NCBI GenBank assembly: GCA_044222065.1
Contig: JBGAOA010000002.1
Coordinates: 1 to 64,000 of the forward strand
Direction of reading: 5' to 3'
DNA: 64,000 bases
Origin: Candidatus Eiseniibacteriota bacterium
Lineage (GTDB): Bacteria > Eisenbacteria > RBG-16-71-46
Shown here: positions 58,657-64,000 of the stretch, piece after piece
Numbering within the stretch: position 1 is the first letter of the stretch
Layout: every line of letters starts with the position of its first letter
Translations under genes and position numbers: made by a program
Notes under the pieces: model-generated
Seen by the model: only the letters and a program-made list of their open reading frames with translations
Told to the model about the DNA's origin: nothing
Database searches by the model: none

Positions 58657-59622
58657 TTGAAGCTCTCGGCCTTCCTAAAATCCCAGCTCTTCGTTGCACT
58701 CCGGGCGGGCGCCGGTTCGCGGGCCCTCCAGGGCGGGGTCCTCCTGTTGCTCCTGCTGGCCGGCGGCTGCTCCTCACGGTCGGCGGCTCCGCCGAAGGAA
58801 GAATCCCTCACCAGCGGGCGTATTCGAGTCGTCTGTCCACCGGAAGTCCGGGCGCTGGTGGATCGGCAGAAGGGCGAATTCGAGCGGTTGTATCCGGACG
58901 CACAAATCGAGTTGGCGAGCGGCGAGTCGCGTGAAGCGGTTCGTGCGCTGTTCGCGGCGGAAGCCGATCTCGCGGTGCTGGCGCGGGAACTCTCCGCCGC
59001 CGAACGCGAGGCGGCGATGAAAGGCGGGCTCCCGCTCCAGGGTTACCGTTTCGCGCGCGAAGCGATCGTCGTGATCGTTCACGCGTCGAATGCTGTCGAG
59101 AACGTCACGCTCGACGATCTGCGTCGGGTGTATCAGGGCGAGTTCACGGAGTGGTCGGATTTGGGCGGAACGCGCACGTCGATCGAGCGCGTCGTCCAGG
59201 AACCCGAGAGCGACCTCATGGCCTACTGGCGAGAAGACGTGCTGAAAGACCAGCCGATCGTGGGCGCGGCGCTGACCGCGGGCTCCGATTCCGCGGTGAT
59301 CGCGGCCGTCGCCGCGCGACCCGGCGCGATCGGATTCGTCGGCTCGAGCGCTCGCCTCGACGGCGTTCGGCCGCTGCGGCTCGCCGCGATGACGGGACTC
59401 CCGTACCACTCGCCGGACGCGGAACTCGTCTACAAGGGCGACTACCCGCTGATGCGGCAGTTCAGCTTCTACGCGCGGGCCAAGGGCCCGCTGCTCGCGA
59501 ACGGACTCATCACGTTCGCGACCAGCATGGATGGACAGCGACTCGTCAGCGAGTCCGGTCTCGTGCCGACATCGGTTCCAGTTCGTTTCGTTCGGCGCTC
59601 CCCGATGCTTCAAACCCACTGA
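58657..59622 (+). CDS. PstS-like periplasmic substrate-binding lipoprotein (PBP_like_2); start uncertain
   Basis: Lipobox LLLAGG-C, FAREAIVVIVHASN, LRRVYQGEFTEWSDLGG, GAIGFV, GDYPLMR. Confidence 0.8.
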   Translation: MKLSAFLKSQLFVALRAGAGSRALQGGVLLLLLLAGGCSSRSAAPPKEESLTSGRIRVVCPPEVRALVDRQKGEFERLYPDAQIELASGESREAVRALFAAEADLAVLARELSAAEREAAMKGGLPLQGYRFAREAIVVIVHASNAVENVTLDDLRRVYQGEFTEWSDLGGTRTSIERVVQEPESDLMAYWREDVLKDQPIVGAALTAGSDSAVIAAVAARPGAIGFVGSSARLDGVRPLRLAAMTGLPYHSPDAELVYKGDYPLMRQFSFYARAKGPLLANGLITFATSMDGQRLVSESGLVPTSVPVRFVRRSPMLQTH

Positions 59623-59642
59623 AGGAGATCAACGCACACGCC

Positions 59643-61412
59643 ATGATCCGACTTCCCTACCTTCGCGCACTCGGCGCCGTCGCGATCCTCATCGGTATCG
59701 CGCTCGTGGTTCCTCCGCTCCACGCGGACGATCTGAAGGATGGTCGCGCGGCGCTCGCCGCCGGTCAGTACGACCAGGCGCTTGCGTCGTTCGAGAAGGC
59801 GGCTTCACAGGGCCTCGCCGAGGGGCGCGCCGGCGTCGGGCAGGTCTGGCTCAAGCGGCGCCAGCTCGCGAAAGCGTTCGAGGCGTTCGAGACGGCGCAG
59901 AAGATGGACGGCAACCTGGCCCTGTCGCACTGGGGGCAGGGCGAGGTCTTCCGGCGCCAGGAGCAGTGGGACAAGGCGCTGCCCCTGCTGCGCCGCGCGG
60001 TCGAGCTCGACAAGAAGTTCCCCGACGCCCAGATGGCGCTCGGCGACGTGCTCGTGAAGCTCAAGCAGATTCCCGAGGCGATCGAGGTGCTCACGCAGGG
60101 CACGCGATGGGGTCCGAAGTGGCGCCCGCGCTTCCTCGTCGCGCTCGGCGACGCGGAACTCGCGCGCGATTCGCTGCGCTCGGCGAGCGTCTACTACACG
60201 CAGGCGCGTGAAGAGGCTCCGACTGATCCGCTGCCGCGCCGCGCGCTCGGCGACTTCTACCTGCTGAAGCGCGGCATCGGCGACCTCGCGGTGCCCGAGT
60301 ACGAGGCGGCGGTGGCGCTCGACTCGACCGACGTCGAGCTGCGTTACTCGTACGCCCAGGGACTCTTCTACGCGCAGCGCTACTCCGAGGCGCTGACGCA
60401 ATACCGGTGGGTGGTCGAGCGCGATCCCGAGTTCCCGGCCGGTCAGCTCGGACTCGGCAATTTGCTCTACCTGGCCGGCGCGAAGGACCCCGCGCGTTAC
60501 GCGGAAGCGCGCGCGCCGCTCGAGCGGTACACGCAGATGATGCCGAACGACGCGAAGGGTTGGAGCCTGCTCGGGCGCACCCTCTTCTACCTGAAGGAGC
60601 GCGACGCGGCGCTCGAGGCGCTGTCGAAGTCGGTCTCGATGGGCTACGAGAGCAAGGAGACCTACACGATCCTCGGCCGGCTTCACGCGGAGCGGAAGGA
60701 ATACGACAAGGCTGCCGCGGCGTTCGACAAGGGCGAACCCACCGGGCGCGATCTGCTGATCCTCGCGCAGGTCTACGTGTTCGCCGGTCAGGCGGCGCGA
60801 GCGGAGTCGCTCTACAACTCGATCATCGAGAAGGACTCGACGGCGAACGACGCGAAGTTCTCGGCGCTCCAGCTCGGGATGATCACGTACCGCGCGCGCA
60901 ACTATCCGGAGGCGGTGACCCGCTTCCAGCGACGGATCGCGCTTGACCCGGCCTGCGGTGAATGTTTTTACTATCTTGGCCTTTCTTACAAGGAATTGAA
61001 GCAGTACCCGGATGCACTCGGGGCGCTGAAGCAGTCCGCGATGCTCGAGGACGCGAAGTCGGATCGCCACTTCTGGGTCGGGATCCTGTACGCCCAGATG
61101 GACTCGATCGCGGCCGCGAAGCTCGAGCTCGGGCGCGCCCTGGATCTCGACTCCACCGGCACGTTCGCCGGCGTCGCGAATCGTCAGCTCGGCTTCTACA
61201 AGCTGCTCGACAAGGACTATTCGGAGGCGATTCGCTTCCTCGACAGCGCGGTGAAGCTGAACGACAAGGACACCCAGGCGTGGGTGTGGCTGGGACAGGC
61301 GAATCAAAACAGCGGCAATCGCACGCGGGCCATCGAGTGCTACCGCCGTGTGCTGCAACTCGATCCGAATCAGAACGACGCGATGAAGGGAATCCAGAGC
61401 CTCGGCGGCTGA
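59643..61412 (+). CDS. Exported tetratricopeptide-repeat protein
   Basis: Signal peptide (..VPPLHA-DD) and many TPR units to the C-terminus. Confidence 0.88.
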   Translation: MIRLPYLRALGAVAILIGIALVVPPLHADDLKDGRAALAAGQYDQALASFEKAASQGLAEGRAGVGQVWLKRRQLAKAFEAFETAQKMDGNLALSHWGQGEVFRRQEQWDKALPLLRRAVELDKKFPDAQMALGDVLVKLKQIPEAIEVLTQGTRWGPKWRPRFLVALGDAELARDSLRSASVYYTQAREEAPTDPLPRRALGDFYLLKRGIGDLAVPEYEAAVALDSTDVELRYSYAQGLFYAQRYSEALTQYRWVVERDPEFPAGQLGLGNLLYLAGAKDPARYAEARAPLERYTQMMPNDAKGWSLLGRTLFYLKERDAALEALSKSVSMGYESKETYTILGRLHAERKEYDKAAAAFDKGEPTGRDLLILAQVYVFAGQAARAESLYNSIIEKDSTANDAKFSALQLGMITYRARNYPEAVTRFQRRIALDPACGECFYYLGLSYKELKQYPDALGALKQSAMLEDAKSDRHFWVGILYAQMDSIAAAKLELGRALDLDSTGTFAGVANRQLGFYKLLDKDYSEAIRFLDSAVKLNDKDTQAWVWLGQANQNSGNRTRAIECYRRVLQLDPNQNDAMKGIQSLGG

Positions 61413-61435
61413 GTGCCGCTTTAGGGAGGAGCAGC

Positions 61436-61777
61436 ATGCGCGAAAGAACGGTCGGGACGATCACCATCCTGGCGCCGAAGGGCTACCTGACGGGCGGCGA
61501 CGAAACCGACGAACTCGAACAGAAGATCAAGGCGTTGAGCGAGGCGGGCAACAAGCACCTCGTCATCAACCTGTCCGAGACGCAGCATCTGAACTCGACG
61601 GCTCTGGGCGTTCTGATCTCGGCTCATTCGAACTACGTGCGCCGCGGCGGACAGATGAAGCTGTGCGCCGTCGACAAGCGCATCGAGAACATCTTCGTGA
61701 TCACGAAGCTGTCGATGGTGTTCGATTCGTACGCGACGGAGGAACTGGCGATCGCGAGCTTCGCGGAGAAGGGCTGA
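61436..61777 (+). CDS. STAS-domain anti-sigma-factor antagonist
   Basis: RBS GGAGG; LVINLSETQHLNSTALGVL with the phospho-Ser; GGQMKL, IFVITKL. Confidence 0.9.
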   Translation: MRERTVGTITILAPKGYLTGGDETDELEQKIKALSEAGNKHLVINLSETQHLNSTALGVLISAHSNYVRRGGQMKLCAVDKRIENIFVITKLSMVFDSYATEELAIASFAEKG

Positions 61778-61794
61778 TCCCGGACGGGACCTCG

Positions 61795-62136
61795 ATGGCG
61801 ATCGCGCGGCGGCAGGAGGGAAGCGTCACGGTGCTGAGCCCGAACGGCAGCTACTTCGGGGACGGCGAAACGGACGACCTGCAGCGCGCGATTCTGGCCG
61901 AGGCGGGGGCCGGCAATCAGCGGCTCGTCTTGAATCTCACCGAGTGCGAGACGATGAATTCGATCGCGATCGGCGTCTTGATGAGAGCGTTCACGAATTA
62001 CCGGAGCCGTCAGGGCGACATCCGCCTGTGCGGAATGTCGCAGCGGCTCGTGGAACTGTTCACGATGACCAAGCTCGTGCACGTGTTTGGTCATTACGAG
62101 ACCGAAGCCGAGGCCATCGCCTCGTTCGCGTCTTAG
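61795..62136 (+). CDS. STAS-domain anti-sigma-factor antagonist (paralog)
   Basis: LVLNLTECETMNSIAIGVL, QGDIRL, LFTMTKL. Confidence 0.88.
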   Translation: MAIARRQEGSVTVLSPNGSYFGDGETDDLQRAILAEAGAGNQRLVLNLTECETMNSIAIGVLMRAFTNYRSRQGDIRLCGMSQRLVELFTMTKLVHVFGHYETEAEAIASFAS

Positions 62137-62301
62137 CAACCAACCCCGGCGACCGGGTCGGGGCAAAGGGGTCATCAGGCAGGCGCGGCGCCGAGCCCCA
62201 CCAGGGCGTGGTGGCCGGCGGCTCCGCCCGGCGGCCTCGAGGCTTCACGAACCGTTCGGTACGAGGCAGCGCCGAGGCCGGACACGGAGGACAACCTCGC
62301 A

Positions 62302-63042
62302 ATGAGCCGTTTCATCGTTCCGATTGGTTTCGTGGCTGCAGCCGTCGTGTCCTACCTGATCTGGCAGTTCCTGCCGGTGATCGGTGAGGTCGGGAAGAAC
62401 GTCCAGCAGGGCGGTCCGCTCGTCGCCGCGCTCATCATGCTGATCATCCTGCAAACCGCGTTCATCATCGAGCGCGTGTGGAGCCTCAAGAAGGCGAACG
62501 GCGCGCGCCCGATGTCGATGTTCCTCAGCGACGTGCGCAAGCGCCTCCACCAGTCCGACGTCGAAGGCGCCATCAAGGCCTGCGCCGCGCAGCGCGGCTC
62601 CGCGGCGAACGTGATCCGCGCCGGCCTCGAGCGCTACCTGCAGCTCAAGCACGAGGGTGCGACGAAGGAGAAGATCGTCGCCGAGACGCAGACCGCGATC
62701 CAGGAAGCGAACGGTCTCGAAGTGCCGCTCCTCGAGCGCAACCTGACCGCGCTGTCCACGATCGCCTCGATCTCGACGATGGTCGGCCTGCTCGGAACCG
62801 TCATCGGCATGATCCGTTCGTTCGCGGCCCTCGGCCACACGGGCGCCGTGGACGCGACGAAGCTCGCCATCGGCATCTCGGAAGCGCTCATCAACACCGC
62901 TGGCGGACTCATTTGCGCGATCGCCGGCATCGTGGCCTACAACGTGTTCGTGACGCGCGTCGACGCCTTCAACTACATGATGGACGAAGCGTCGTACGAG
63001 GCGGTCCAGCTGCTCGCGGCGTCCACGGGCGACAAGAAGTAA
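62302..63042 (+). CDS. exbB: MotA/TolQ/ExbB proton channel
   Basis: LSTIASISTMVGLLGTVIGMIRSF, GISEALINTA. Confidence 0.9.
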   Translation: MSRFIVPIGFVAAAVVSYLIWQFLPVIGEVGKNVQQGGPLVAALIMLIILQTAFIIERVWSLKKANGARPMSMFLSDVRKRLHQSDVEGAIKACAAQRGSAANVIRAGLERYLQLKHEGATKEKIVAETQTAIQEANGLEVPLLERNLTALSTIASISTMVGLLGTVIGMIRSFAALGHTGAVDATKLAIGISEALINTAGGLICAIAGIVAYNVFVTRVDAFNYMMDEASYEAVQLLAASTGDKK

Positions 63043-63060
63043 ACGAGGGGAGCTCCCGAC

Positions 63061-63558
63061 ATGCTTAAGAAGATGCGCCGCATCGGCATCGCCATCGACA
63101 TGACGCCGATGGTCGATGTGGCGTTCCTGCTCCTCATCTTTTTCATGTGTACGACTCAGTTCAAGCCGCCCGAGGCGGACAAGATCTCGCTTCCGGAGTC
63201 GAACTCGGAGGCGAAGTCGCCCGAGTCGGACATCATCACGATCTCGGTCACGAAGCCGAAGCCCGAGAACGGGAACGTCTCGCTCGTGCACGTGATCTAC
63301 CGTCAGGCCGGACAGGAAGTGAAGCGCGAGCTGCTTCCGCCGCAGATCGCCACCGATCTCGGAACGGTCCTGAGCAACGCACGTGCGGCCAACCCGGCGG
63401 CGCGCGTCATCGTCAAAATGGACAAGGACGCGGAGTACGGCGTCATGGCCGACATGATGGGCGCGCTGCAGGAGGCGAAGGCTTCGCGTTTCAACGTGCA
63501 GACCGATCTCGAAGGTTCCGGAAACATCTTCGGGAAGAAACCTGGCGCCGAAAAGTAG
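63061..63558 (+). CDS. exbD: ExbD/TolR biopolymer transport protein
   Basis: IDMTPMVDVAFLLLIFFM, VIVKMDKDAEYG. Confidence 0.9.
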   Translation: MLKKMRRIGIAIDMTPMVDVAFLLLIFFMCTTQFKPPEADKISLPESNSEAKSPESDIITISVTKPKPENGNVSLVHVIYRQAGQEVKRELLPPQIATDLGTVLSNARAANPAARVIVKMDKDAEYGVMADMMGALQEAKASRFNVQTDLEGSGNIFGKKPGAEK

Positions 63559-63574
63559 AGGGGGGTGAGACTCC

Positions 63575-64000
63575 ATGGGCGCGGTAGACACTCCACAACG
63601 AGAAAAAAAGGGCGGGAAGAAGGGCAAATCGTTCCGCCGTCCGAAGCGTCGCGTCGGTGTTCGAATCGACATGACGCCGATGGTGGACGTCGCGTTCCTC
63701 CTGCTGATCTTCTTCATGGTCACGACCGTGTTCCGCACGCCGCAGGCGTTGGAGATCAACCTCCCGCCGGACAAGGACGTCGAGATCCAGGTTGCCGAGT
63801 CCAAGGTCATGTCGCTTCGCGTCATGGGCGAGGATCTCGTGTACTGGAAGCGCGGCGGCAAGGAAGTGCCGTGGGCGCGCACGGACATCAAGGGGCTCGA
63901 GGACGTCTTCAAGCCGTTCAAGGGAAGCAAGGACCTCGTGGTCGTCGTGAAGATCGACCCGAAGGCGAAGTTCCACTGCATGGTCGACGTCATTGATGAA
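63575..64000 (+). CDS. exbD: Second ExbD/TolR protein, 3' truncated by the window edge; not in the ORF track
   Basis: ATG at 63575: MGAVDTPQREKKGGKKG..RIDMTPMVDVAFLLLIFFMVTTVFRTPQALEINLP..KIDPKAKFHCMVDVIDE. Confidence 0.88.
   Translation, partial: MGAVDTPQREKKGGKKGKSFRRPKRRVGVRIDMTPMVDVAFLLLIFFMVTTVFRTPQALEINLPPDKDVEIQVAESKVMSLRVMGEDLVYWKRGGKEVPWARTDIKGLEDVFKPFKGSKDLVVVVKIDPKAKFHCMVDVIDE

Noticed and set aside
62137..62301. GC-rich stems and GGGCAAA upstream of exbB, a possible c-di-GMP-I or other riboswitch
   Set aside because: It lacks the GGCAAAC...GAAA...GGGACGCAAAGC pattern, and no other riboswitch consensus is recognisable by eye. An Rfam scan would settle it.
63090..63720. Near-identical DNA repeat (ATCGACATGACGCCGATGGT..GCGTTCCT..ATCTT)
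   Set aside because: It encodes the conserved transmembrane motif of the two ExbD paralogs. Not a repeat element.
1..64000. CRISPR arrays, tRNA/rRNA genes, IS elements, integrases, prophage or defence genes
   Set aside because: No spaced direct repeats, cloverleafs, or transposase, integrase or phage motifs were seen. Intergenic gaps are short and mostly explained by promoters.

Overview
A very GC-rich (roughly 70%+, judged by eye), gene-dense chromosomal segment from a diderm, LPS-producing bacterium. The gene set suggests an FCB-related lineage such as Ca. Eisenbacteria (inference): an lpxC-fabZ fusion, mcsA-mcsB-clpC, archaeal-type ProRS, AsnRS and an FCB-style PstS-like/TPR/exbB/exbD/exbD cluster. 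About 59 CDS are visible, almost all on the + strand and often translationally coupled. They cover tRNA and translation genes (CCA enzyme, argS, lysS, proS, asnS, truA, rsfS), purine synthesis (purM, purB, purL, purQ, a tandem PurS-like gene, purF), lipoprotein and outer-membrane biogenesis (lnt, lolC/E, lolD, bamA, skp), lipid A and core synthesis (lpxD, lpxC-fabZ, lpxA, gnnA-like, lpxB, lpxJ-like, waaA, lpxK, msbA, two GT9 genes, gmhB), nadB and asd. I see no rRNA, tRNA, CRISPR array or mobile element. Several essential genes carry frameshifts or short deletions that look like long-read assembly errors. The most interesting locus is 7.6-10.0 kb. It has a stand-alone protein with a LeuA-regulatory-like C-terminal domain, then a 12-codon micropeptide (MDILVLLGKAGW) absent from the ORF track, with a perfect Shine-Dalgarno site and two downstream hairpins, then a membrane-sensor HD-GYP phosphodiesterase. 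This may be a peptide- or branched-chain-amino-acid-responsive cyclic-dinucleotide signalling module. Other notable items are a fused PurS-PurS protein, an ArgRS with a non-canonical HIGH motif, a GmhB with an extra N-terminal domain, and two STAS genes inside the Exb operon.
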